A stretch of DNA of 64,000 nucleotides from Podarcis erhardii (taxonomy: Eukaryota). The stretch lies in NCBI GenBank assembly GCA_964252035.1, contig OZ176205.1, one strand, 5' to 3'. Below the pieces are notes generated by a model. That model made no database searches. It worked only from the letters and a program-made list of their open reading frames with translations, and had not been told where the DNA came from. The translations under genes and the position numbers were made by a program. Each line of letters opens with the position of its first letter. The first letter of the stretch is position 1. Shown here one piece after another: positions 24,441-36,986 of this stretch.

Positions 24441-25168
24441 GTATTTGGGAGCAAAGAACTTGTATAGTAATGTTTGGCAGTATTACCATTTGGCATAATA
24501 GACTTTTTAAAAAATATATATATGCTTGTCTATACCTACCCAGGCACAGAATTTTAAAGCATTGAATATGTGTTAGAGGGATACATTGTGTTGAACACTG
24601 ACTTTTATCCTTAGGTGTCTATGCCAGTTGATAGTGCCCTCTAACACGGGTTATCATCTTTCCTTCTGAAGTCTGTTCATCTTCTAGTCACTTTCTTTTT
24701 CTTCCCAGTACTCCAACTTGGTTTTTTTTTGCTTTTCTTTACACCATTGTTGTAAACATTGCATACAACAGCTTGGCTTTTTCACCCACTTGAGATTTTT
24801 CCACTTTAGCACAATGATGCCAGGCAGGCAACTGTTTTAAAAATGCTGAAGCAATGAACAGTTGCTTAGCTAAATCTGACAATAGTAAATCTGTTGAAAT
24901 ATGACCAACTTTTGAGTTATGCAGGAATAAATTTCAAAATAAAGCAGGTTTTTACAAGTAATGCATTCTCTGACCCTGACAGATTGGTTGGGTGTTTATT
25001 AGTTGTACTTAAGGTCTTTATTTCTGCAAGGGCTGATTTTAGCCTGTTTCAGGTAAATGAAGTCCATACAAGATAAGAGAGTGAAATTTGTTCCCTTTCA
25101 CTGTAGAACACAATAGGAGTATTTGTTAGCTAATAGATGGTTGTACTGATGGCTTGTTTTTCATTTTT

Positions 25169-25716
25169 NNNNNNNNNNNNNNNNNNNNNNNNNNNNNNNN
25201 NNNNNNNNNNNNNNNNNNNNNNNNNNNNNNNNNNNNNNNNNNNNNNNNNNNNNNNNNNNNNNNNNNNNNNNNNNNNNNNNNNNNNNNNNNNNNNNNNNNN
25301 NNNNNNNNNNNNNNNNNNNNNNNNNNNNNNNNNNNNNNNNNNNNNNNNNNNNNNNNNNNNNNNNNNNNNNNNNNNNNNNNNNNNNNNNNNNNNNNNNNNN
25401 NNNNNNNNNNNNNNNNNNNNNNNNNNNNNNNNNNNNNNNNNNNNNNNNNNNNNNNNNNNNNNNNNNNNNNNNNNNNNNNNNNNNNNNNNNNNNNNNNNNN
25501 NNNNNNNNNNNNNNNNNNNNNNNNNNNNNNNNNNNNNNNNNNNNNNNNNNNNNNNNNNNNNNNNNNNNNNNNNNNNNNNNNNNNNNNNNNNNNNNNNNNN
25601 NNNNNNNNNNNNNNNNNNNNNNNNNNNNNNNNNNNNNNNNNNNNNNNNNNNNNNNNNNNNNNNNNNNNNNNNNNNNNNNNNNNNNNNNNNNNNNNNNNNN
25701 NNNNNNNNNNNNNNNN
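25169..25716. other. 548-nt N-run at the expected position of the SRSF3 poison (NMD) exon
   Basis: N count read directly; begins immediately after gatggttgtactgatggcttgtttttcattttt, which I recall preceding the mammalian poison exon. Confidence 0.8.
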
Positions 25717-26474
25717 GAGTAAGCGGCTTATAAGTAATTACTTTTTCTCAATCAAAGGCTGGCTGTGCATAATTTCGTGGTAACATACATATGTTGCTTG
25801 AATAAAACTTTTAAGGGTGTTAAGGAAACTTAATATAAGAAACTAAACTGCAGTATATTTGCATGTGAGATGGCAAACTACATTTAATTGCTAACTTAGT
25901 TCTTCCTTGCAAAAATCTGCCAACTCCTTTCACCTTTAAACTGTTTTACTAACAGTTTTCGGAACTTAAAACAATTACTTTTGGGATAAACTGGGCAAAC
26001 TAAGGTTCTTAGACTAAACACACTATGACATTTTAAATTTTTACATTCACAAATATGCAGTTCTAATGGTGTTTAATGGCTTTGTCACGGTGTGCGTTAG
26101 TCTTTCACTTGGTACCTTATGTCCTGTTGCGGACTTTTACCTTGCATGGGTTCCAAAATACTGGTTTATACCAATTTTGGGACTACTTGTGGGACATTAG
26201 TATAGTGTTCTAGGCAGTGGATTTAGTTGAGATGGAAGTGCTGCATTGGACAGGTTTGCTTATGACGTGGTGTTAGTTAAAGCAAACTCATGGTTGGAAG
26301 CGTGCTGATCACACTGAGTTTTTAATGCCTGAATCTTTCCATTTTGCTGGACGATGAGTGCCATGTTATTTGGCACATTCACTGGGCCCAACAGTGACTT
26401 GACAAGTTGGGAATTGCCTCGCCCCACTAATGCTGAATTGATGAAAATACTCACTTTTCTATTTTTGATTGTAG

Positions 26475-26513
26475 ATCTCCACGAAGGAGAAGCTTCTCCC
26501 GTAGCCGCAGCAG
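26475..26513 (+). CDS. SRSF3: SRSF3 RS-domain exon (SPRRRSFSRSRS)
   Basis: 39 nt, AG/GT, in frame. Confidence 0.98.
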
Positions 26514-26548
26514 GTAATCTATTGGTGCTGCATTTGGGTTGTCTAGAT

Positions 26549-26868
26549 AATGGGTAGGCAAACTAAGACTCAGGGGCTGGATCCGGTCCAATCACTTTCT
26601 AAATCCGGCCTGCGGACGGTCCGGGAATCCGCATGTTTTTACATGAGTAGAATGTGTCCTTTTATTTAAAATGCACTTCTGTGTTATTTGTGGGGCCTGC
26701 CTGGTGTTTTTACATGAGTAGAATGTGTGCTTTTATTTAAAATGCACCTGTTATTTGTGGGGCATAGGAATTTGTTCATTTTTAATTTTTTTTTCAAAAT
26801 ATAGTCCGCCCCCCAAAGTCTGAGGGAAAGTGGACTGGCCCCCTGCCGAAAAAGTTTGCTGACCCCTG
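26549..26868. mobile_element. hAT-family MITE in SRSF3 intron
   Basis: 8-bp TSD gtctagat (26541-26548, 26869-26876); degenerate TIRs; internal ~43-bp duplication. Confidence 0.85.
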
Positions 26869-27480
26869 GTCTAGATAGTGCTTATAGAATAAGGGACTCC
26901 CCACCCCCTTAAACAGATGGCACTGTGGTGCAGATGACACAGGTGTGACATTTCATACCCAAAGGATAGTTTAAATTAATACACTTGAAGTGCCATAAAT
27001 CTCTGACTACTTTGAAAGTGTACTTGGCCAGCATAGTTCTGTGTTAAAATGCATGTCAAATGTGTTTATTAAAGTATAGTCTACTCTGAATTCAGCTTTC
27101 AACAATTTAAAAGTTTTTTTCTGCCATCAAATGCTGTGATAAACTAAAAGACCTTTTGTTTTGAATCCAGTATCAATGATGATACTAAAAAGTATTTATT
27201 TATAATATTATTCTAAAAAGTGCCTCATAAACTTAAGACTTTCAAGCATGTTTACAAGCACTGTACTAGTTAATGCATTGGTACCATGCATTACTCAAAT
27301 ACAAAGTAAAACCTGTGCTTATACATTAGTATGTTACAGCCATTAATTCGCAACATATTTAAAAATATGAATTTAAGCTACAAGGAAAAGGTTATTCAAG
27401 GAGTGAGATTTGAGTATGCTGTTTTTCAAGAATTGCATGAAAAATGTATTCTCTTGAAATCCTGATTATTCCTTTTATAG

Positions 27481-27567
27481 GTCCCTTTCTAGAGATAGAA
27501 GGAGAGAGAGATCACTGTCAAGGGAGAGAAATCACAAGCCTTCTCGTTCATTTTCCAGATCTCGTAG
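27481..27567 (+). CDS. SRSF3: SRSF3 RS-domain exon ([28 protein letters not shown])
   Basis: 87 nt, AG/GTAAGA, in frame. Confidence 0.98.
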
Positions 27568-27775
27568 GTAAGAACACTTCCATAACCTTAATGTCTGAAT
27601 ACAGAGTTTAATTCTGTAGCGTATTTACTAGAGAAATGTCATTTTCACTAGTGCACTAATTAAAAGCCTTATAATATGTGCATTTGTCTAGTTGAAATTT
27701 CAGATGTATGTTTAAATAACGATACTGAACTACTTCCATTGTTTGACTGAGAATCTCAATGTATATTCTATCTAG

Positions 27776-27803
27776 CCGTTCCAGGTCAAATGACAGGAAA
27801 TAG
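27776..27803 (+). CDS. SRSF3: SRSF3 last coding exon (RSRSNDRK*)
   Basis: Exons sum 206+135+39+87+28 = 495 nt = 164 aa plus stop. Confidence 0.97.
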
Positions 27804-28110
27804 AACTTCAGGAACAGCAGTGTACAGGAAGTCATATTAGATCTGAAGAAAGGAGTATGTGAAAGGAGTATGTACAGAACATTGTTTTCTTTTAAGACTT
27901 CATAAGCTTGGTGCATTTTTAAAATGTTTTAGCTGTCAAATTTTGTTTTTCTTGTCTCTTGTAACAGGTGACAAATGTAACAGTTGTGAATCTGTATATG
28001 GTTCTGAGCAGGTCATATGAAGTGTAATAACTTGTTGCTTTACAGTGTACCCTTAAGCATAACTTTGATTTGCATTAATGTTTAGCTAATAACCTTGCAT
28101 AGACTTACCA

Positions 28111-28116
28111 AATAAA
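28111..28116 (+). terminator. SRSF3 proximal poly(A) signal AATAAA
   Basis: About 310 nt after the stop, at the end of a 3'UTR resembling the mammalian one. Confidence 0.7.
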
Positions 28117-31100
28117 ACCTCAAAAGCCATGCAAGTGGCAAATGTTCTTCATATAAATATTGTCTTCTGGAATCTGCAGGATCTAAACTTGAAAGGAAGT
28201 ACACAACACACATGACCTTTTAATCCTGAGCATTTGCTACAATCACAAATGGGCAATCTATGCAGGGTGAGAGCAGGGTTAAAGGACAGGATAAAACCAA
28301 TAGTAAGCAAAAGGGTTATGAAAGCCTTGTAGGAGCTATATGTTTTTGATACTGTTTTACAAGTTCTGATTTATACCAGTTTAGTCAGAACTACCTTCTA
28401 CCATGTAAAAGTGTAGATTAAGTTTTGTATCTTTGTGTGGATCAGTACTTACTGCTGAAATGTGAACTGCCTAATCTGTTCATTATAGAGCAGACCAAAA
28501 GAACAGATGATTAGCTTAAAGGATTTGGGTGCATAAGGGTACATTGTAGATGCGAAATTTTCTTATTGTGCATAAGTTGTCATGTCACTGTAAACTCTTT
28601 GAGATCTTTGGATTAAAAGTTTGGTTACAAATCGTTCTAAGTATTTAACTTTCGTATTTTGACATACTTTCGTGCAAATATAACATTCAGATGGACTTGT
28701 GTACAGTTTAATTCAAATCTGTTATTGTGAACAATTTGAAGCCATAATCAAATTTCACTGTGTTAATATTTGGATAAAGAGCTATTCAGAGAACGTTTAT
28801 ATGTAAGTAACAGACCACACATAGTTCCTTTTAAAATACCTCTTCAAATACCTAGAGGCAATTGCCTCAGTCATCGTCTATGGTAATACATGGCTACTTA
28901 CTACAACACATTCACAACAAGTTACAGTAATGATTGGCTTAGCATGCTGCACTCCAATGAGCATTCATTTTAGTAATGAAGCACTCAAACTTGTATACCA
29001 AAAGTGAACTTGCTATGCAGGGATTCAAGTTAAGCATAAAAATTAAGCTTTGTAATGCCGACAAAGCTTTAAATGCTCTGCATTAAAACAAATGTTGCAT
29101 GCAACGTTTATCCATTGGTCTTGTGCCCAGAAAATAATTGGTCTTGTGAATTTTAGATTAAATCCATACTACTTGAAAACATTTGGTTTAATTTCATTAT
29201 CTAGCCTTTTAAGGAAAATTACATGGTCATCCAAAGATTGTTAATGTTTAATATTCTATCTTAAACGGCTTCAAAAAGGGGAAATGCATGCTTCATTAAA
29301 GACTTGTCTTGCAGAGTTCCATTGTGCCTTGTCAACCTATGTGGATAAAGCATTTGTAAAAAAACAAAAAAACTCAAAGCAGAATGAGCTGTTGAAGTAG
29401 GTGTCTTTTTGGGGAGACAGGCTTGGAGGGGGGCAATTGCAAACTAAACCCTATGAAAAACAACACTCAAGAAAATCCACATGAGTCGCTTTTATGTACT
29501 ACCTTGAACCCCTTTGCACATGGGTCATATCACATGTAACCCAGGTATCAGAAGCCTTGCTGAAAAATGTGAAGGAAGGGATATACATAGTTAAAGCATG
29601 TCAAATTGCAGAGTTAGAAGTACCTGCACTATGCCATGTAGTAAACATCCAGCTCAGTAGTTTTAGTGTGTAAGCTCCCTGTACCATAGAGGTTCTGAAA
29701 CGTGTGTGAGGGGAGCACGAGGTACTGCAGAGTATCAGCCCAAAAGAGTTGCACATTAAATCCTCCTGGTAAATTTATTGGTTAAAAAAAATACCTCTGG
29801 TGGCTTCCTGATCCCCTTTTTATTCTTTGTGCAGTACAAATGTTTCCTTTCCCTGGCAAGCTTGCATCTGGGTCTGGTGATGCTCATCTGTGCAGGTACC
29901 TATGATGGATGTGAATTGTGCGTCCCCCCTCCAACTGTGTCCAAAACAACTGGTGTAAGCATACAAAGGGGGAAGAAGTCACATTCTCAAACTGTAATTG
30001 AAATTTAAGGGAGTTTTGGGTATAATGAGAGGTGCACATGTACTCTTCAAGGTAGCTGTCAATATCTCATTGTCAAGGCAATTTAAGTCCACAGAGAAGT
30101 GCATCGTTCTTCACAAAATGGCAATAGTATACAAACAGCTTATTCTACTTTTAGAAGAAATTGTACCATCAAGTGATGTTTGCTTTCTCTTGCCCTAGGC
30201 ACATGGCAGTAGTTGGTTTCTTTGGATATGCATCATAAAGTTGCAGTAAACTAAAATTGCTACTGTGGGCTCCTACTGAGTAGCTAGGAGATACTCTCTG
30301 GCTGAAAAATATTTACTTGACTGCCTACAGCAGTAATTAGGTTGCCTGTTTCTCTTGACATTGGTCAAATTACATTTTCTTTGTAGATAGATTTCCAGAA
30401 CAGTTAATTGTTTTTGTTAGAGGGAACAAGGTAGTAAAGTTTAAATGGCAAAATCTGAGATCTCAAATTCACTACTTCAGAGAAATGTCCTTGGTGTGTG
30501 AATATGGAGGCTTGTATCCAGTGCAGAACTAGGGATATACACTTGAGCAATGGAGCTCTTCCCCCACCAGTACCCCATGAGTCTACTGAGGTTCTTCCAA
30601 CACCGTGTGTGTGTGTGTGTGTGTGGATTTGGGGAGGATACGTGGTTGCAGGTAAGAGTCATGGTACACAAGCAGGAACTGACAAGCTGTCTGGACACTC
30701 ACCAGAGCTTACAGTGCTGTTTTCCTTGGTTCCCTTCATGCTTGAATAATCATTGGTTCAGTACAATCAAGAGCAAGAAGGCCATAAACCATGTGACTGG
30801 ATGAATATTGACTGAACGAACGACCATCTGCACTTTACTTCATCTGTACTGCACTTTACAACGCCGAAGCCTCCAATGGAGGTTGAGATTCTGGTGGCAA
30901 ACATTCCAAATGATCACAAAACAAAGTGTCAACAATATCACAGTTTTTGTGAGAATGGGATTAAAATGTCATCTTGGGGGAAGGAAGAATCAGGGCTGGA
31001 AAGCTGACTGGGAAGGAGATACTAGTAGGTTGCAAATCTTTGAAAATAAGAAATCCTAGAGGGCAGTGTAAGTAGATTCAGGAATTTGTGTGAAGGGCAG

Positions 31101-33842
31101 ATAGATAGGCCTTGAGAAAAAGGCTTTTGAATTTCCAAGACTAGTCCCTAAGAAATTCCTGGAACTTGCATGGAACAATTCTGCTTCCTGTGGCTTCTGC
31201 GATAAACTGCAGTGGGGTTACATTCTTTTATATGCTACATGCTAATGTAGTCAACTAATTCTTTGTGGCCTTCTAGTATCAATAAATCAGTACCATAACA
31301 CTAATATATTTAATTAGATCAGCTTCTGTTGGGTATGCATGTACATACTTTGAATACCATACTCTTTAATCAGATTGCCAGGAAAGACACATTATAAGCA
31401 CACGTGAACTACCTGCAATATTAAAATCTCTTAAATAAAAGCATGACAATGTATTTGTTTTCAGTGTTAATATTTTGGTAATAAAAAGATACAGTATAAG
31501 CTTGTTTATAGTTGTGTGGGATACGCTTGCCATTGGATATGGGAAACCTATGTAAGTGTCCCTTGCCTTCTGCCAAGAAGAATCCCAAGAAATTTTGGAG
31601 TTGCTTGCATGTGCTTGTGGTTTGAATATGAAGAAACAGGCATTTCTTCTGGCTTATCGATGTCTCCAGCACTAGTGAAACAAGATAACAACTCCTTTTC
31701 CTCTAGAATAGATACTTTGTAGGAATCAAGGAAAAATTGAGATTTAGCTAGCAAGCCAAAGTGATAATTTGTGGAACCCAGTCAGCTCATATGTAGGGGT
31801 GGAGTGGCACAGTGGATTTTACCGACAGCATGGAAAGCAGTCTCCTGTTACAAACAGGAGGATACAGTACTCTTTCCATGCTGAATTCAGTCTGCAGTGG
31901 ACGGTTGTTAGCAGGATACTTCTTTTTAAAAAAAACTTGTCGTACTTTAGTGCTGAATAGAGAAGGAATACTCCCAAGATTGAACGAATGGATTTATTAT
32001 GGTCACAGACCAGAAATCTCCCAAGATTAAGCCCCTTGTGACAAGAAAAAATTATTCATCTATGTCAGAGGTGAGTCAAATATGTTGAGAAACCTCTTTT
32101 AAGGCCATCTAGTGATGTCCTTTAAGAATTTTTATCTCCTTATCCAGGCACTGCTGGAGGCACTAGGCGAATGAAATTGCATGGCTGCCTAGTTACTGCA
32201 ACTTTGCTGTTGGGACTAAACTCTTACTGTAATGCAATATATAGTAGCTGCCACCATCTTAGATACTGTAATAGATAATTGTTAGGAGTAGTTGCTTGAG
32301 GCATCCAGTTGTAATGCTAACAGCTGCTAGTTTTCACTAACCTCAAATATTAACACATTCTTCATAATTTTGACAAAAGAACGCTGGTGGTGTTGCTACT
32401 CCAAAATCAGTTGGGCTTAAACACTTCCCGCACATATTCTAGCAAGGTAATGGTCATATTTGTGACTGCAAAAGAAAGTGATAGAGTCCTAGTGCTTGGC
32501 ATTCTGAACTGGAGCACCTGGCTGTCACTGGAGATGGGAGAAGCCGTCTGAGGACCAAATTGGAAATGATGCTCCACCCACATCTTCACAGCTCCCTGTT
32601 GAGTTATTTAAGAAATGTATATCCTGATTTTCACTTATTTCAAAGCAGCTAGGCACGCTCCTAGAATCATGAAAACTGCAGTCGCTGACTTAAAAAGACA
32701 AAATCTTGGTGAGGACCTTGTTTCATTTAAATAGGGTATATGGGATATGGATAGTTGCAAGTTAAATTTTGGTTTAATTCACTACGATTAAAACACCTTC
32801 AAAAGGCATCAAGTCTGTGTGCTCTATTCATACTACCTGTTCCTTGAAAGCCTTAACGTGGCATGAAATCATGGGAGGGAGGCTGACATGCCTGTTTATA
32901 TTTGGTGGGGGTGGAATGCAAGATTATGAACTTGTATGGCAGTTCTACCTAGCACATAGCATTGGTTTGTGGCAAATTAAAATGGCACTGAAGATGGCTT
33001 TTTTAATTACTGTGGGGATTTACAATGGTGATTGGCTCCCAGAAACAGCTGCCCTGTTGGGTCCCTCGTAGGTATTGAAGGATGTTGCGTGTCTCGGACA
33101 GCCATGCAGTTACAGTTCACTCGCTTACAGATCTATTAATGTGCCACAGTTCCTAATTTAGAAACGAAATTTCCTTTCTGCCACCTGGGGAGTCTGGGTG
33201 TATCATAGAAAGCAGACAGCATAGTTTTTCCATTAACTTCGGACTAATGACAATTTAAAACAGTCAGCTGCATTCTTACATATAAGCTTGGCTGTTGACA
33301 CAGCCTTAGGCATAACATGATCCTGGAAGTTAGAGTAACAGAGAAGGAAAATTGCAGGCTTGTTCTGGTCACGTAAGACACATCTGTGGTAGTTTCTTCG
33401 TGTTTGTGGTGATCAGCAAACAACAGCTGGGATTAAACGCCTCTCTGTAACCTGGTCTCCTAGGAACAGCTGCAACTAACCAATGCAGACACATATTTAT
33501 AAAATAAATATACCTCTGATAGGTGGTCATCTTGGTCCATTTACAGGAAATGTCCAGCATCCCGTAGGCATAGTCAGCTGCAGTACTCCAGCTTGCTAAT
33601 TTCACCACCTCTAATTCTTCATTCTTAAGTGAGAAAGGAATTCCCAAGAACTGGGTGTTATTTTTCCTTTAGAGATGGTGCAATTACCTGTTAAATCCTC
33701 ACTTATCACTGGGCAAATTCAGCCTGTTTTACCGTTTTCCTGCACTTAGTTAAAGCATGTAGTGCAAAGAGGTATAGCACACACGGGATAATTCCTTGGA
33801 ATATACATTCCATTTTAAAAAAAACAACAACTGAAGAATGTG

Positions 33843-34200
33843 GGTAAAGGTAAAGGGACCCCTGACCATTAGATCCAGTCGCGGACGACTCTGGGGTTGT
33901 GGTGCTCATCTCACTTTACTGGCTGAGGGAGTCGGTGTACAGCTTCCGGGTCATGTGGCCAGCATGACTAAGCCACTTCTGGCGAACCAGAGCAGTGCAC
34001 GGAAACGCCATTTACCTTCTCACCGGAGCGGTACCTACAGTATTTATCTACTTGCACTTTGACATGCTTTCAAACTGCTAGGTTGGCAGGAGCAGGGACC
34101 GAGCAACGGGAGCTCACCCCGTTGGGGGGAGGGGGGTTCAAACTGCCGACCTTCTGATCGGCAAGCCCTAGGCTCTGTGGTGTAACCCATAGCGCTACCC
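33843..34200 (-). mobile_element. Sauria SINE (near full length)
   Basis: tRNA-like head, tatttatctacttgcact core, ggtaaaggtaaaggg terminus. Confidence 0.9.
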
Positions 34201-35018
34201 ACGTTAGTTAAAAAACCAAAACACATTGCTTACTAAGTAGCCGGCTCTAGACAGAAACTCTTAAAGGGGAAGGATCACCTATGATATTCAATAGCAGATA
34301 CCTGAAGAGACAGAAAGGATGACATCATCTTAATTTTTATCCAAATACTCAGAGGAGGGGCAAGAGTATATTTTAATTTGATGTACCCATTGTAGGTATG
34401 ATGAGCCATCTTTGAGCGCTTTGGGGCATGGCGTTCCACATGGGCAGGGAACCTTGGGCCCTCCAGATGTTGAACTGTATCTCCCATTGTCATGCTCGCT
34501 GGGACTGGTGGAAGCTGGAGTCTGGCAACATCTGGAGAGAGACAGGTTCCCCACCAAGGAAACTGAGCCATTAATACTTTGCAACAACCCAAGAAGGTAC
34601 AAAAATAAGAGGTGTGAACTCGGAGAGATTTCTTATTTACATTTGATACACCCATCAAAGGGGGAAATTCCGTCCTGTGTATTTGAGAGGTGCTTGAAAC
34701 ATCACAGAACAGCTGTTCTGGATTGGTTAAACTAGGCCAGTGGTCCACAGATAGAGGGATTTTTTCTTTAAAGAAAGAGACGTGGCATTTTCCTTGAGCA
34801 AGCTTTCAAGTTCTCCAGCTTGGATGGAAAAAGGAGAGAATGGGGAAGATTAGTCCTTGCAGCAACACGTTTTGTACCCAGAGCAATTTAATTAAGTCTG
34901 CATAACCCCTCCTGCACTCCCAACTTCAGACTTACAAACTGCAGAATGAGATTTTTCTATCCTAACTTTAGTGTCTTTCCTTTTGGAACTTTATATTGGA
35001 AGGCCTTAATCTGAATAA

Positions 35019-35157
35019 CAGGTATCTGAAGAAGTGTGCATGCACACGAAAGCTCATACCTAGAACTAACTTAGTTGGTCTTTAAGGTGCTACTGGAAGG
35101 AATTTTTTTATTTTGTTTTGACTATGGCAGACCAACATGGCTACCTATCTGTAACTG
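35019..35157 (+). mobile_element. Penelope-like 3' end, single arm, with intact hammerhead motif at 35021-35060
   Basis: Near-identical to 20093-20227. Confidence 0.85.
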
Positions 35158-36795
35158 GTAAAAATAAAGGCACGGCATGCTCCTGATAACTGGCTCCAGT
35201 CAGAAGTCTCACAGCAACATTATGTTCAAGTTTTTGAACATTTTTCAATGGTAGCCCCATGTAGCTGGAGCACCAGATTCAGCTAGGCAAAATTGTTGAA
35301 GGATACATCTGCCACCAAAGCATCTAGGAGCACGCTGAATCTGCAAACTTTAAGGAGAGTGCTCCTTCATCCAAGATTGGTTATTTTATCAACAGGGACA
35401 CTTCTGACTTGTCTGGATTAATCTTTAGTTAGTTAACCCGCATTTGCTTTGTTAACCCTTGCTCAACATTGCTGATTCCAGGCAGTGATTCAGAATCTCC
35501 ATGGCTTTCCTTGATTAAGATGGAAAGAAGAAACGAAAGCTGAGCAACAGCTGCATACTGATGGCAGTGAGCTCCAAATCTTCAGATCTTGATAAGTTTC
35601 ATATAGATGTTAAACAGCATGGGAGACAAGATGAGCAGTCGTCCTCAGCACCATCTTTCAGAACTGTGTGTTTCCATTAAGGACTGGAACCGCTGCAAGC
35701 AAGCAGAGTCTATCCAAGGCAGGTCCATGAGAACCATATTGTGGTGGATAGTACTGAAAGCTGTTGACAGGTCCAGCAGACCACCAGAGACAAGACTCCC
35801 TGGGTCTAGTTCCTAGTGTAGATTGTCTAGAGCAGTAACCAAACTGTGGCCTGTGAGCTTCATTCAGGTGGTCTACGCAGTGTTGGTAAAATTAAAATTA
35901 AAAATCATACAGCATCTAGCACAGCACATTATAATTGCTACAACAGGCAGAAAAATCATTAAGTAGTCTGTCAAGCAATATTCAAGTGGTTTGAGGGCAA
36001 AAAAAGAGTTGGGAACCACCAAATCCATTTCAGTACCAAAGTCAGGCCAGAAATCAGATTGAAATTTATATTGATCCTCCATAAAGCTTTGGCAGGGAGA
36101 CACCATTGCATGCTTGCCCCCAAGATAAATTAGTGACTAGCCAGAAATTATCCAGTATGGTGAATTCAATCAGACAGGGCCCTTTCAACAATCTTACAAC
36201 AATCTTCTTCAACAGTTTTCCGGTAGAACTATTCACCCACTGAAGGTACCATAGCCCATTGGCACACGCTTTTCTTATGCACTTGGCCAGCTGTCCTCTG
36301 ATGGGTGAGGACTGAGTGTGCAGGTGATTGCCCTAAACACTTCAAAGATCCTATTCTCATACAAACTGGAAAGTACATCTGAAACTACTGCTAACGTGGT
36401 GTCCAAATTGGAACAGATGTGAGTGATTTTTACCCATGAAGAGCTCTGCAATCTGGTCACAGCGGCTTACTGAGTGCTGGGATGTATGCTACACTGATGT
36501 GCTCCTATTGCATGCATTTCATTTAAATCCGATACCTCCCAAGGTTTATAAACACAGCAGGTAAGTCATAATCAAACACACACACACACATATTTAAATT
36601 GGGCTTCAAGGATGGTCAGCTTTTTCTCTGCACCTTTTAATATCTGTATGACTGGGCATAGCCCTCCTACAACTCCCAGTATCCCTAACTATTGGCCATG
36701 TTGGTTAGGATTTATAGGAGTTGGGAACCCAACATCTGGAGGGCCATCCCTATATTAAGGCATAGAGCCCCTGTCAACATAGTGCTATGGTAGTA

Positions 36796-36986
36796 GGGAC
36801 GCGGGTAGCACCGTGGTCTAAACCACTGAGCATCTTGGGTTTGCTGATCGGAAGGTTGGCGGTTCGAATCCTTGTGATGGGGTGAGCTCCCGTTGCTCTG
36901 TCCCTGCTTCTGCCAACCTAGCAGTTTGAAAGCACACCAGTGCAAGTGGATAAATAGGTACCGCTGCGACAGGAAGGTAAAGGGTG
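36796..36986 (+). mobile_element. Sauria SINE 5' part
   Basis: B-box ggttcgaatcc; reverse complement of the 33843 copy. Confidence 0.85.

Noticed and set aside
25717-25724. GA|GTAAGC just after the gap as the poison-exon donor
   Set aside because: Gap is longer than the exon as I recall it, so the true donor may be inside the Ns
25137-25783. 198- and 209-aa poly-X ORFs
   Set aside because: Artefact of translating the N-run
36090-36280. TGKLL...KGP frame faintly like beta-propeller proteins
   Set aside because: Short generic motif with no supporting neighbouring exons
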